35,745 nt of DNA, from the NCBI GenBank assembly GCA_029865285.1, contig JAOUHE010000001.1, positions 1-35,745 of the forward strand. Reading direction: 5' to 3'. The DNA is from Chloroflexota bacterium (GTDB lineage Bacteria; Chloroflexota; Limnocylindria; QHBO01). The translations under genes and the position numbers were made by a program. Shown piece by piece: positions 9,001-16,672 of the stretch (position 1 is the stretch's first letter; each line of letters starts with the position of its first letter). The notes beneath the pieces were generated by a model. That model was not told the DNA's origin. It did no database searches and worked only from the letters and a program-made list of their open reading frames with translations.

Positions 9001-9145
9001 GCTCGGCACGGTCGTGATCGGCGGCCTGCTGAGCTCGACCTTCCTGACGCTGATCGTGGTTCCGGTGGTCTATTCGCTGGTCGACGGCGTCAAGGCGCGC
9101 CTCCGCCGGCGACCATCAACCGTCGGGGCGGCTGTCACGAACTGA
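6005..9145 (+). CDS. RND-superfamily efflux permease (AcrB/HAE-type, 12-TM, two large loops)
   Basis: About 1047 aa from GTG 6005, with AGGAG at 5992..5996 (8-nt spacer). The N-terminus ...AVAKRSVVLLLAGGLFLAGLLAWGSLKQELVPDVEFPIVTVIAPYPGAGAADVTEQVAKPIERAI matches the AcrB-family start. Typical TM blocks are present (VVDDSIVVLENI, GIVVTNAIVLLD). The track ORF start at 5939 lacks an SD. Confidence 0.9.
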   Translation: MHRFSELAVAKRSVVLLLAGGLFLAGLLAWGSLKQELVPDVEFPIVTVIAPYPGAGAADVTEQVAKPIERAIGAIPGIDTIQSTSANSIALVIAEFDYGTDVREVTSLIEENLATAGLPASVTPQVTPFNINSTPVLFSSISATSADGLEAAARIAREEIVPELSAISGVAAVELTGGLQERLLITLDPVKLADAGISTQQVIGLLTANNLTFPGGGLNTGEQTIPVTTIGRFASVAEVRDLVVGVRQPAPGGPTDAPAFPQPITLADLGTVEIVAQATTGYGRSDGKPALSLTVSKTQDANTVEVAQAAQALLDEIAARHTDSLTVSTIADQSVFIIDSRDGLLREGGLGAIFAVVTIFLFLFSLRSTFVAAVSIPLSLLIALVGMQFSGISINIMTLGGLAVAVGRVVDDSIVVLENIYRHRALGDDRMTAVLRGPREVASAITASTLTTVAVFMPLGFAGGFISQFFLPFALTVTFALVGSLFVALTVIPVLAYLLMGRVSTAVDETGEPRNSLWVHVYDPTIRFALRNRWTKLGVVALSAALFVGSLALVPLLPTQFLSSGSEKILRVTVAPPSGASSAAVLERAIEAEAILIDDPMVEQVQTTVPGEGDTGFQTLFAAQSGRPANSAVLTVRLDSTVDLVEYAVTLAEDLDPVRGDGFDVAVGQQGGATSNALTVIVTASDPGQVETATAALMDALGDLSGFTNLTTDLVRAAPEIQVRVDPNKAVALGTTAAQIGAEVRGALTGQTVSRIQFPDSDPLDVVVRIDPAATASLADLESLPVGTVARASLGTVATVEQVEVQGTITRIDQAPSASVKAEITSEDTGAVSASVQAVIDDLKASGAIPAGVSVELAGVSQQQAEAFGGLFAAMGIAILLVFVMLVFTFNSLITPFIILFSLPLATIGAFPALVLTGRPIGVSALIGFLMLIGIVVTNAIVLLDLVERLKADGHSTRDALVEGGKTRVRPILMTAIATILALVPLAAGFNEGSIIAAELGTVVIGGLLSSTFLTLIVVPVVYSLVDGVKARLRRRPSTVGAAVTN

Positions 9146-9153
9146 GGCGGGCG

Positions 9154-9681
9154 TTGGTCCTGTCTGTGTACCGTGGCCATCTTGGGGCGACAACTACGAG
9201 AACAGGCGACCGACCGCTGTCTGACGCCGACTTCGGCGAGCAGTTCAGCCTGATGCGCGGCCGGCTGCTGGCGATCTGCGGTGGGCTGGTGGGGTCGGAC
9301 GAGGCTGAGGACATCGTGCAGGAGACCTACCTGCGCGCCCGGCACAACCTGCGCACCCTGCGGGAGTCGGCCGCACTCGAGGGGTGGGTGACCCGCATCG
9401 CCGTCAACCTGTGCTACTCGCACCATGCGCGCGGCGGGACGCTCCGCAGACTTCTCCCGGCGCTGTTGCCCGCACAGGCATACCAGGGCGGCGACCTCGG
9501 CCTGCGCGACATGCTCGAGCGGTTGCCGCCGCGCGAGCGCACCGTGACGGTGCTCCACTACGGGCACGGCTACGCGTTCGACGAGATCGCGAGGCTGCTG
9601 TCGATCTCCCCGGAGAACGCGCGGAAGATCGCGTCGCGCACGCGGCGCAAGCTCGCGGCCGAGTGGCGGAGGTCCGGTTGA
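9154..9681 (+). CDS. ECF (group IV) sigma-70 family RNA polymerase sigma factor
   Basis: Region 2: AEDIVQETYLRARHNLRTLRESAALEGWVTRIAVNLCYSH. Region 4 HTH: ERTVTVLHYGHGYAFDEIARLLSISPENARKIASRTRRKL. TTG 9154 is preceded by GAGG (9144..9147) and lies only 8 nt after the RND stop. GTG 9166 is an alternative start. Confidence 0.85.
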   Translation: MVLSVYRGHLGATTTRTGDRPLSDADFGEQFSLMRGRLLAICGGLVGSDEAEDIVQETYLRARHNLRTLRESAALEGWVTRIAVNLCYSHHARGGTLRRLLPALLPAQAYQGGDLGLRDMLERLPPRERTVTVLHYGHGYAFDEIARLLSISPENARKIASRTRRKLAAEWRRSG

Positions 9682-10367
9682 CGACCCGGTGCGAGTTGAC
9701 CGCGGCGGTCTTCGAGGCCGCGCTCGACGGATCACTGACTGACGACCAGCGGCGCCACGCCGAAACGTGCGACGCGTGCCAGGCTGGGCTGGCGCAGGTG
9801 CCGCGCTTCGATGGACAGCTCCGCGCCGCTGCGCAGTCACTGGTGACCGCTCCACTTCCGGTTACCGCGCTGGAGGCGGGGCCGGCCGCCGGCCCCCGGC
9901 TCGGAACGGAGTCGGTGCTCCGGCTCATGGCAGCCGCCGCGATTGCCGGCGTGGTCCTGCTTGCCGCCCAGTCGGGCTACCTCCGCGTCGGAGCGCCGCC
10001 GGCGGCCGCTGCCTCTCCCGAGGCGACATTTCGGTTGCACATCGTCGTGCGCAACTACCGACCGGCCACGGAGTTGCTCGAGGTCAGATCTGGTGCCGGG
10101 GCAGGGGCGGTGATCCTGGAGATTCCGGTCGCCGGCTGCCGTATCGCCTACATGGCGGTCCCGCTCGGGGACGCATGGAGCGTCGTCTTCAACGGCCAGC
10201 GCGAGGCCGCCGGTCCCTCTTCGCCGATCGCGGGCGAAGTGCGCCAGGATCTTTCCGTCCGGATCAGCCGGCCGATTGCCACCACCGTGGTCTTCGACGG
10301 CGTCCCCGAGGAAGCCTCGCTCGACGCGGACGCGCTCGCCGGCACGGTGCTCAGCCCCTGTCGGTAG
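9678..10367 (+). CDS. Anti-sigma factor, zf-HC2 type, single-pass membrane protein with an uncharacterised extracytoplasmic domain
   Basis: H-x3-C-x2-C motif (HAETCDAC) about 25 aa from the N-terminus. One TM helix (VLRLMAAAAIAGVVLLAAQSGYL), then about 130 aa outside. TTG 9678 overlaps the sigma stop (TTGA) and is preceded by GGAGG (9668..9672). GTG 9663 is an alternative start. The upstream part of track ORF 9384..10367 is a spurious extension inside the sigma gene. Confidence 0.7.
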   Translation: MTTRCELTAAVFEAALDGSLTDDQRRHAETCDACQAGLAQVPRFDGQLRAAAQSLVTAPLPVTALEAGPAAGPRLGTESVLRLMAAAAIAGVVLLAAQSGYLRVGAPPAAAASPEATFRLHIVVRNYRPATELLEVRSGAGAGAVILEIPVAGCRIAYMAVPLGDAWSVVFNGQREAAGPSSPIAGEVRQDLSVRISRPIATTVVFDGVPEEASLDADALAGTVLSPCR

Positions 10368-10408
10368 CCTCTCGTCACATCGGGGGCCGGTCATCGGTCT
10401 TGGTGGTG

Positions 10409-11470
10409 ATGACCGCTCGAACTGTCTTCGGCCCCGCACGCCCGCCACGCTGGTGGCTTGGCGTCATGGTCGTGAGCGTGTTGGCGCTCGGCGCCTGCAG
10501 TTCTGGCAGCCCCGCGTCCTCGGCCAGCTTCCTCCCTGGCTCCGAGCGCGGGTCTCCATCCGTGGCGACCTCCGCCACGTCCGCGCCGGAAGCGGTCGAG
10601 ACGGCGAATCCGCCGCCGTCCGGCCATCCGGCAGCGGCCCAGTTCACCATCGGTCGCCAACCATGCGGCATTGCCGGCCACGAGTCGACGATCTGGGTGA
10701 CCGATCTGCGCCGCAACGAGATCCTCACCATCGACGCCACGACGAACACGATCCTGTCACGGACCAACGTCGGCTCCTCGCCGTGCGCCATCACCTACCG
10801 GGACGGCTACCTGTTTGATGCGGAGCGGAACGTCCGCTTCCTCGTCAAGCGCGATGCGGATACGCTCGTGGAGGTCGGCGAGGCATTGGTCAGCCGCGGC
10901 CAGATCTGGGATGTCGACGCCGGCGCGGATTCGATCTGGTTCGTCGACCGCGACTCTGGCCGCGCCGTGCGGGTGAACCCTGCGACGAACGAATCGGTCG
11001 CCGTGGTCGCGGTAGGCGCGCCGGCATCGGGTATCGCCGTCACAGCGGCTGCCGTGTGGGTGGCCGCCGAAGGGGTGGACGAGGTGGTTCGCATTGATCC
11101 GGCGACCAACGAAGTGGTGGCGCGGATTGCGTCCGGCGACGGGCCGCTCTGGGTCGCCGCCGACGAGACGGCTGTATGGGTGACGCACGTGGACGGCAGC
11201 CTGGCCAAGATCGACGCGGTCACCAACGAAGTGCGGCTGCGCCTCGAGCTCGGAGGCCAGCCCGGCGAGGTCGCCATTGCCGCGGGCTTCGTGTGGGTCA
11301 CCAACCAGGAGGGTGGCCTGCTCAGCAAGATCGACCTCGCGACGGGCGAAATCGTGGGCTCGTACGCCATCTACACCGGCCTGGCGGTGGTTCAGCCGGG
11401 TGCCGGCGACCTGTGGGTGACCGGCTACACCGACGGCCTGCTGTGGAGAGTCCCGACGACCCTTCCCTAG
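10409..11470 (+). CDS. Lipoprotein with about seven YVTN/NHL-like beta-propeller repeats
   Basis: From ATG 10409: MTARTVFGPARPPRWWLGVMVVSVLALGAC|SSG, a signal peptide plus lipobox. Then about 40-aa repeats of the form xVWVTxxxxxxLxxIDxxTNEVVxxIxxGxxP (for example AVWVAAEGVDEVVRIDPATNEVVARIASGDGP). The 214 codons upstream in track ORF 9767..11470 overlap the anti-sigma gene and are R/G/P-rich, so I reject them. Confidence 0.75.
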   Translation: MTARTVFGPARPPRWWLGVMVVSVLALGACSSGSPASSASFLPGSERGSPSVATSATSAPEAVETANPPPSGHPAAAQFTIGRQPCGIAGHESTIWVTDLRRNEILTIDATTNTILSRTNVGSSPCAITYRDGYLFDAERNVRFLVKRDADTLVEVGEALVSRGQIWDVDAGADSIWFVDRDSGRAVRVNPATNESVAVVAVGAPASGIAVTAAAVWVAAEGVDEVVRIDPATNEVVARIASGDGPLWVAADETAVWVTHVDGSLAKIDAVTNEVRLRLELGGQPGEVAIAAGFVWVTNQEGGLLSKIDLATGEIVGSYAIYTGLAVVQPGAGDLWVTGYTDGLLWRVPTTLP

Positions 11471-13440
11471 GGAGCCACCGGCACCAACCGGGTTGCCACG
11501 AATTGGCCCTGGCAGCGCACGACCAGGGCGGCGGGATCGCTGTAGGCGCCGGGGTACAACAGATCCGGTGACCAGTGGCAGGTGCGCGCCGCCGGGTCGT
11601 CATAATGGCCGGTCAGCGTCACCCACTGCTGCTGGTCCGGAAGAGACAGGAGCGTCGGATGACGCGCGGCTGAGCCACACCCGGCGTACGGCGCTTCGAA
11701 GGGCGTGAGCATGATTTCGTACGTGGCCCCGATGCTCACGAGCCAGGCGGGTTCCCAGGTGCCGGGGGAGTAGCCGCCGCATCCGTCGCTGGCGGTGAGC
11801 CAGCCGGTGAACGTGATCGGTGTGTCGCCGAAGCACTCCGCTGCCACCGAACCGGGAATCGCCATCCAGTCGATCTGCGTCGCCGGGAGCTCCGGGCAAC
11901 TGCCGATAACGGAGGTCGCGACCACGCCGAGCACGGGATCGGTTTCGCCGCGCCAGGCGAGGCCATCGGTCGAGTGCCACAGGACCGGGTTGGCACCGGC
12001 GGGGGTCAACACTCTGCCGATGCCGGCAAATCCCGCGTCGCCGCCCGCGATGGCCCACGGCATCACGCCACCGAACCGAGTGTCGCCACTCACCTCGCTC
12101 CACGTTGCTCCGTCCGTGCTTCGCCACAATCGCGCAGGCGCGCCCGACCGGTCATAGCCGCTGAGCAGGAGCGTCGAGCCATTCGAGACCAATGCGGTAA
12201 GCGTCGTATCGGCCATGATCGATTCCGCCGCGGTCTGTCGGGTCCAGGTCAGGGTCGGTTCAGGCAGCGTGGCGCGCCAGATGCTCTGTGCGCCGGTGGC
12301 GTGGTCCGTCACGACCGCGATGATACGGTTGCCGAGGATCGCGAACAGCGGCGAGGAATTGGCCGAGCCGGGGAGAGATCCGCCCGTGGTCCCCCAGCCC
12401 TGACCGTCACGGGCGAAGAACAGGCGCGTGATATCCGGGGCGGTGACCCACGACAAGAACCCCTGCGGGACTGGAACGACGCCCCATCCAGTGACATGTT
12501 CCGGGGAGATCTCCGGGCGGATCTCCGGGAAGCCCACCCGTTGCCACGCTTGGCCGTCGACAGAGAAGTAGGAGTCGTACCAGCCCCCGGGGCCGTCGAC
12601 GGCAGTCATCAGGTAGCCCGTTGTCGAGGCGACTACGCCGCCGGGCGCGATTCCTGGACGGTCAAATGCAGGGAGCGGTGTCCAGGACGTGCCGTCCTCG
12701 GATCGCCAGAGCGCTCCCGCTTCGGTGCCGGTCGGGCTCCTTGTCGCGATGATCCAGCCGGAGGGTCCCCAGGCAGCGCCACGAATGTTCGCTGCCGCTG
12801 CGGTGGGCAGCGAGGTGCGCTGCCATACACCGCCGTCGCTCGACGCCAGCAGCACCGGACGCTCCGGCTCGTCCGAGCGTCTGGGCTCCGATCCCCACGC
12901 CAGGAAGCCGTTCGGACCCGCCGCGACATCCCAGAGATACCCGGGTGTGTTGGTGGGTAGCCTGCTGCGGAGGTCAAGGTAGGGATCGGACGGCGGTCCA
13001 GCGGAGACCCATCCGACCACGTTGTCGCGGCCGAGAACGTTGTACCACTCGTCGCCGTCCGCCTCGACAGGTTCGGACATGATCTGAACCACATCGTCGG
13101 CATGGAAAGCGGCGATCGGGGTTCCGGAGAGCCCGGGCTCCGACCGGAGGCGAAGGTCCTCCACGAGGACGATGGCCGCGAACGGCCCGAAGTAGGAGGC
13201 TATCGGCGTCTCGCCGGGCGCGGGCGTTGCCTGCGGAGAAACGGAGACCGAGGCCGACGGCTCCCCGGAAACCTCGCTCGCGGATGCCGATGGCGAAGGC
13301 GAGGGCGAGCTCGAATCGGCCACCGGTCGCGTTAGGACAAGGCTCCCAGCCAGCAGGATCGCCACGGCGACGAGCAGTGCGGCTCCGCCCAGGACGACCC
13401 AGGTCGTCAGACGCTTGTCGGGGGCGAGCCACCCGGTCAT
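11467..13440 (-). CDS. Membrane-anchored surface protein: TM anchor, Ser/Pro linker, SH3b-like domain, Asp-box (S-x-D-G-x-x-W) beta-propeller, Cys-rich C-terminal domain
   Basis: N-terminal TM (LTTWVVLGGAALLVAVAILLAGSLVL). Linker SSSPSPSPSASAS. SH3b-like LRLRSEPGLSGTPIAAFHADDVVQIMSEPVEADGDEWYNVLGRDNVVGWVS. Five to six Asp-box-like motifs (SSDGGVW, SEDGTSW, SVDGQAW, ARDGQGW, STDGATW, STDGLAW). The last approximately 143 aa contain 6 Cys. Confidence 0.75.
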   Translation of the reverse strand: MTGWLAPDKRLTTWVVLGGAALLVAVAILLAGSLVLTRPVADSSSPSPSPSASASEVSGEPSASVSVSPQATPAPGETPIASYFGPFAAIVLVEDLRLRSEPGLSGTPIAAFHADDVVQIMSEPVEADGDEWYNVLGRDNVVGWVSAGPPSDPYLDLRSRLPTNTPGYLWDVAAGPNGFLAWGSEPRRSDEPERPVLLASSDGGVWQRTSLPTAAAANIRGAAWGPSGWIIATRSPTGTEAGALWRSEDGTSWTPLPAFDRPGIAPGGVVASTTGYLMTAVDGPGGWYDSYFSVDGQAWQRVGFPEIRPEISPEHVTGWGVVPVPQGFLSWVTAPDITRLFFARDGQGWGTTGGSLPGSANSSPLFAILGNRIIAVVTDHATGAQSIWRATLPEPTLTWTRQTAAESIMADTTLTALVSNGSTLLLSGYDRSGAPARLWRSTDGATWSEVSGDTRFGGVMPWAIAGGDAGFAGIGRVLTPAGANPVLWHSTDGLAWRGETDPVLGVVATSVIGSCPELPATQIDWMAIPGSVAAECFGDTPITFTGWLTASDGCGGYSPGTWEPAWLVSIGATYEIMLTPFEAPYAGCGSAARHPTLLSLPDQQQWVTLTGHYDDPAARTCHWSPDLLYPGAYSDPAALVVRCQGQFVATRLVPVAP

Positions 13441-13662
13441 GGCGCCAACAGTATCGGTCTTCCACTGCGGCTGGACTGCGGTTGGCAGGTCGCGAATCGG
13501 GCAGTCTCGAGCGTATCGAACGCGTGTGCTACACTGCGAACTTCCTCGGGCTCCTCAGGCGCACCGGTCTGCGCCTCGGCATTTCCGCAAGACCCCGATT
13601 CACCCCTCGCCCTGACCGGGCCCCGCTGCAAGCGGGAGGGCCTCGTCAGGAGCTATTCCACC

Positions 13663-15012
13663 GTGTCATTCACTCAACTCGGGCTGACGCCCGATCTGCT
13701 CCGCGCTGTCGCGGATTCCGGCTACACCGAGCCGACCCCCGTTCAGAACGAAGCGATTCCGCTGGTCCTCGCCGGCCGGGACCTGCTGGCCGGCGCCCAG
13801 ACCGGCACCGGCAAGACGGCCGCGTTCGTCCTCCCGATGCTGCAGCGCCTGCACGCCTCGCGTGTCGGCGACTGGCGGCACATCCGCGCCCTCGTCCTTG
13901 TCCCCACCCGCGAACTCGCGATGCAGGTCGAGGAGAGCGTCCGCACCTACGGTATCCATAAGCGTGTTCGCTCGACGACCATCTATGGGGGCGTCGGCTT
14001 CTTTCCCCAGGTGCGCGCCATCCGATCCGGCCCCGAGATCGTGGTCGCCACGCCGGGCCGCCTGCTGGATCACGTCGGGCAGGGGACGATTGACCTGTCC
14101 CGCATCGAGATCCTCGTCCTCGACGAGGCCGATCGGATGCTGGACATGGGCTTCATCCGTGACATCCGAAAGATCATGGCGCTGCTGCCCGCGCGACGGC
14201 AGAACCTCCTCTTCTCGGCGACCTTCTCCGATGAGATCCGTCGCCTGGCCGATGGCCTGCTGGACCGTCCCGCCTTCGTGCAGATCGCTGCTCGCAACAA
14301 GCCCTCTGAGCTGATCGAGCAGGTCATTCACCCGGTCGATCGCGAGCGCAAGCGAGAGTTGCTCAGTCACCTCGTGATGTCACGCAAGATCGACCAGGCG
14401 CTGGTCTTCACCCGTACCAAACACGGGGCCAATCGGCTCGCTGAGCAGCTGGAGCGGGATGGCATTGCGGTCGCGGCGATCCACGGCAACAAGAGCCAGC
14501 CACAGCGCATCCGCGCCCTTGCCGACTTCAAGGCCGGGCGGGTCACGCTGCTGATCGCCACCGAGGTGGCCTCGCGTGGCCTCGACATCGACGCCCTGCC
14601 ACATGTCGTCAACTACGAGATGCCGATGGTCCCCTCCGACTACGTCCACCGCATCGGTCGCACCGGCCGAGCCGGTATCGACGGGATGGCGGTCTCGCTG
14701 GTGTGCGTCGATGAGGCGCCGCTCGTTCACCAGGTCGAGCGGCTGCTCGGCCGTCTGATCCCGGTCGAGACCATTCCTGGGTTCGAGCCCAACCGCGACA
14801 TCCGCCCCGAGCCGATCCGCCTGCGGACCGGTCAGGGCGGGGGACGGCCGATGGGCCGCTCCCGGCCGGGTGGCGCTCCACGACGCCACGTCAACCCCGC
14901 TCCGGCGCGCAGCCACGCCAGCGTCGGCCGCTGGCCGGTCGCTTCGGGCACCTCCATCGGCGGCGGACCCCGCCGCGACACCAGGCGGAGCTACGGCCGT
15001 GCGCGTCCGTAG
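13663..15012 (+). CDS. rhlE: ATP-dependent DEAD-box RNA helicase (RhlE-like) with a basic R/G-rich C-terminal tail
   Basis: Q motif (GYTEPTPVQ), motif I AQTGTGKTAAF, PTRELA, DEAD (LVLDEADRM), SAT, HRIGRTGRAG. GTG 13663 with AGGAG at 13648..13652. The symbol is assigned by family resemblance only. Confidence 0.9.
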   Translation: MSFTQLGLTPDLLRAVADSGYTEPTPVQNEAIPLVLAGRDLLAGAQTGTGKTAAFVLPMLQRLHASRVGDWRHIRALVLVPTRELAMQVEESVRTYGIHKRVRSTTIYGGVGFFPQVRAIRSGPEIVVATPGRLLDHVGQGTIDLSRIEILVLDEADRMLDMGFIRDIRKIMALLPARRQNLLFSATFSDEIRRLADGLLDRPAFVQIAARNKPSELIEQVIHPVDRERKRELLSHLVMSRKIDQALVFTRTKHGANRLAEQLERDGIAVAAIHGNKSQPQRIRALADFKAGRVTLLIATEVASRGLDIDALPHVVNYEMPMVPSDYVHRIGRTGRAGIDGMAVSLVCVDEAPLVHQVERLLGRLIPVETIPGFEPNRDIRPEPIRLRTGQGGGRPMGRSRPGGAPRRHVNPAPARSHASVGRWPVASGTSIGGGPRRDTRRSYGRARP

Positions 15013-15218
15013 GCGTGGCGGCGCGACAAGAGCTGCGCCGCGTGTGACCCTCTCCGCCACGGGCGCACGTCGTCGGAGGTGGGCGTCCTCTCGGCGGCCG
15101 CTCGACGCCTCGCCGGCGCCGGTCCGCAGGTTGCCGTTGCTCGCTCGCAGGACATCCGCCGCGTCGTAGACTCCGCTGCCACCGACCCGACAACGTCGCA
15201 GCGAGGTCAACCAAGCCG

Positions 15219-15722
15219 ATGCCTGAGCTCCTTCCGTGGCTTCTCCTCATCCACGTCCTGGCCGCGATCGTCGGGGTGGGGCCAACCTTCGCCTTCCCTT
15301 TGGTTGGGGCGATGGGCGGACGCGAGCCGGCGCATGCGAACTTCGCCACTCGAGTCTCGCTCTCGATCAGCGAGCGGTTCGCCGTGCCCCTGGTCGCGGT
15401 ATCCGGCCTGACCGGAATCGGCATGATCTGGGCGGGCGAATTCGACGTCTTCTCGGCTGAATTTCGCTGGCTGCTGGTGGCGATCGGGATCTACGTCGCG
15501 ACGTACGCGTTCGCCCTCTTCGTCCAGTTGCCGGCCGTCAAGCGTGTGGTCGCGATGACGAGCGGCGGGCCGCCTCCCGGCGCCGCAGCGGGCGCTCCTG
15601 CCGGACCTCCACCCGCGTTGGTCGAGGCGATCACCGTAGTCAAGCGCAACAGCGTCCTGCTGATGTCCGCGTGGACGGTGATCGTCTTCCTGATGGTGGT
15701 CAAGCCGACGCTGGGAACCTGA
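15219..15722 (+). CDS. Small integral membrane protein, DUF2269-like (4 TM)
   Basis: 167 aa. MPELLPWLLLIHVLAAIVGVGPTFAFPLV... plus three further hydrophobic segments. The resemblance to the DUF2269 family is from memory. High GC3. Confidence 0.6.
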   Translation: MPELLPWLLLIHVLAAIVGVGPTFAFPLVGAMGGREPAHANFATRVSLSISERFAVPLVAVSGLTGIGMIWAGEFDVFSAEFRWLLVAIGIYVATYAFALFVQLPAVKRVVAMTSGGPPPGAAAGAPAGPPPALVEAITVVKRNSVLLMSAWTVIVFLMVVKPTLGT

Positions 15723-15774
15723 TCGCGACCCGGCGCTGGACGCCGCCCTGGCCGCCGCGACGTAGACCTCTGGC

Positions 15775-16644
15775 TCAGCGGCCGTGCGGCGCGACCAGCG
15801 CGAATTCCAGCTCGACGCCGAGAGTGAGTTCCTGTCCCGGATCCAGCACGGTCAGGCCGCCTGGGTGACCATTGAGCAGACGCCACAGCCCCTGGACGGC
15901 GTGGGTCTGCGGCTCGACGGCGACGGCGTCGCGGTCGGCCGGACTCGCCGCCACCACGTACGTCGTCGGCGCCGTAATTCGCATCGTCGCCGCCACACTC
16001 GTGACTGGCCACCGGAGCTCGACCTGCGGGGGCGCGAGGCTGGTCCAGGTCGCGTCCAGGTCCGGCCCCATTGATCTGAGGCCCCGCAGATCGAAGGGCC
16101 CCTCCACCGGCTCGGCTGGTCCCTGACGCCCGGCGTTCATCGGGTGCACTGCGTCTCCTCGAATGGCGACCAGGACCGGCTTGATGAACCATGGGTGGAT
16201 GCCCAGCCCGCCGGGCATCGGGTGCGGTGACCGGTTGATCAGCCGGTAGTCGAGCCGGAGCGACCGGTCACCGACCTCGATCCGCTGCACAACCTCGTAG
16301 TGCCACGGCCAGCCGTCGCCGCCCGCTCGCGTCGTAAAGATCCCGTCACCCCGCGACACCCAGCGACGGTCGTAGACCTGGCCGTGAATCGCCGAGCCGT
16401 CTGGGAAGTTCGAGCCGACCTCGACCTGCTGCTGTCCGACCCTGACCCGGCCGGGTTCGATCCGGTTGCACCACGGGGCCATCACGTAGGCTCCCCAGGC
16501 AAACGGGTCATCCACGTGGGCGGTGGGGTCATCAGGCGTGCGCAGGAGGTCGTGGCCAAACGCGCGCAGGCGGTGGAGGCGAGCGCCGACCCCGGGCAGC
16601 ACCTCCACCTCAAGTGAGCCACTTGCGAATCGCACCGTGTCCAT
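15775..16644 (-). CDS. Aldose 1-epimerase (mutarotase) family protein
   Basis: From ATG 16644: MDTVRFASGSLEVEVLPGVGARLHRLRAFGHDLLRTPDD...APWCNRIEPGRVRVGQQQVEV...SAIHGQVYDRRW...GLGIHPWF. This matches the PW-x-NRI / HG / HP-F signature pattern of the aldose-epimerase fold. I reject the 59-codon extension of the track ORF (to 16821). Confidence 0.75.
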   Translation of the reverse strand: MDTVRFASGSLEVEVLPGVGARLHRLRAFGHDLLRTPDDPTAHVDDPFAWGAYVMAPWCNRIEPGRVRVGQQQVEVGSNFPDGSAIHGQVYDRRWVSRGDGIFTTRAGGDGWPWHYEVVQRIEVGDRSLRLDYRLINRSPHPMPGGLGIHPWFIKPVLVAIRGDAVHPMNAGRQGPAEPVEGPFDLRGLRSMGPDLDATWTSLAPPQVELRWPVTSVAATMRITAPTTYVVAASPADRDAVAVEPQTHAVQGLWRLLNGHPGGLTVLDPGQELTLGVELEFALVAPHGR

Positions 16645-16672
16645 GCCAGTCGAGCGCCTTACGTCGCCATCG

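Noticed and set aside
9138-9156. Possible ECF-type promoter (GAAC ... CGTT) just upstream of the sigma gene
   Set aside because: The spacer between the GAAC and CGTT elements is only about 9 nt, far short of the 16-17 nt expected. This is probably chance.
9384-9677. Upstream part of the 327-aa ORF 9384..10367, inside the sigma gene
   Set aside because: It is an out-of-frame overlap with the ECF sigma coding sequence. The zf-HC2 motif sits near the N-terminus only if translation starts at TTG 9678 (with SD) or GTG 9663.
9767-10408. N-terminal 214 codons of the 567-aa track ORF (9767..11470)
   Set aside because: This part overlaps the anti-sigma gene in another frame and is an R/G/P-rich string. 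A canonical signal peptide plus lipobox begins at ATG 10409, which gives a sensible lipoprotein.
14380-15210. 276-aa ORF antisense to the helicase 3' half
   Set aside because: The opposite strand carries all DEAD-box motifs. The translation is Arg/Ala/Gly-rich low complexity.
16451-16465. tRNA T-arm-like hairpin CCGG-GTTCGAT-CCGG (a similar GGTTCGAGCCC occurs near 14779)
   Set aside because: No complementary acceptor stem, D-arm or anticodon arm could be built around either site, and both lie inside well-supported CDSs. I found no tRNA genes in any intergenic region.
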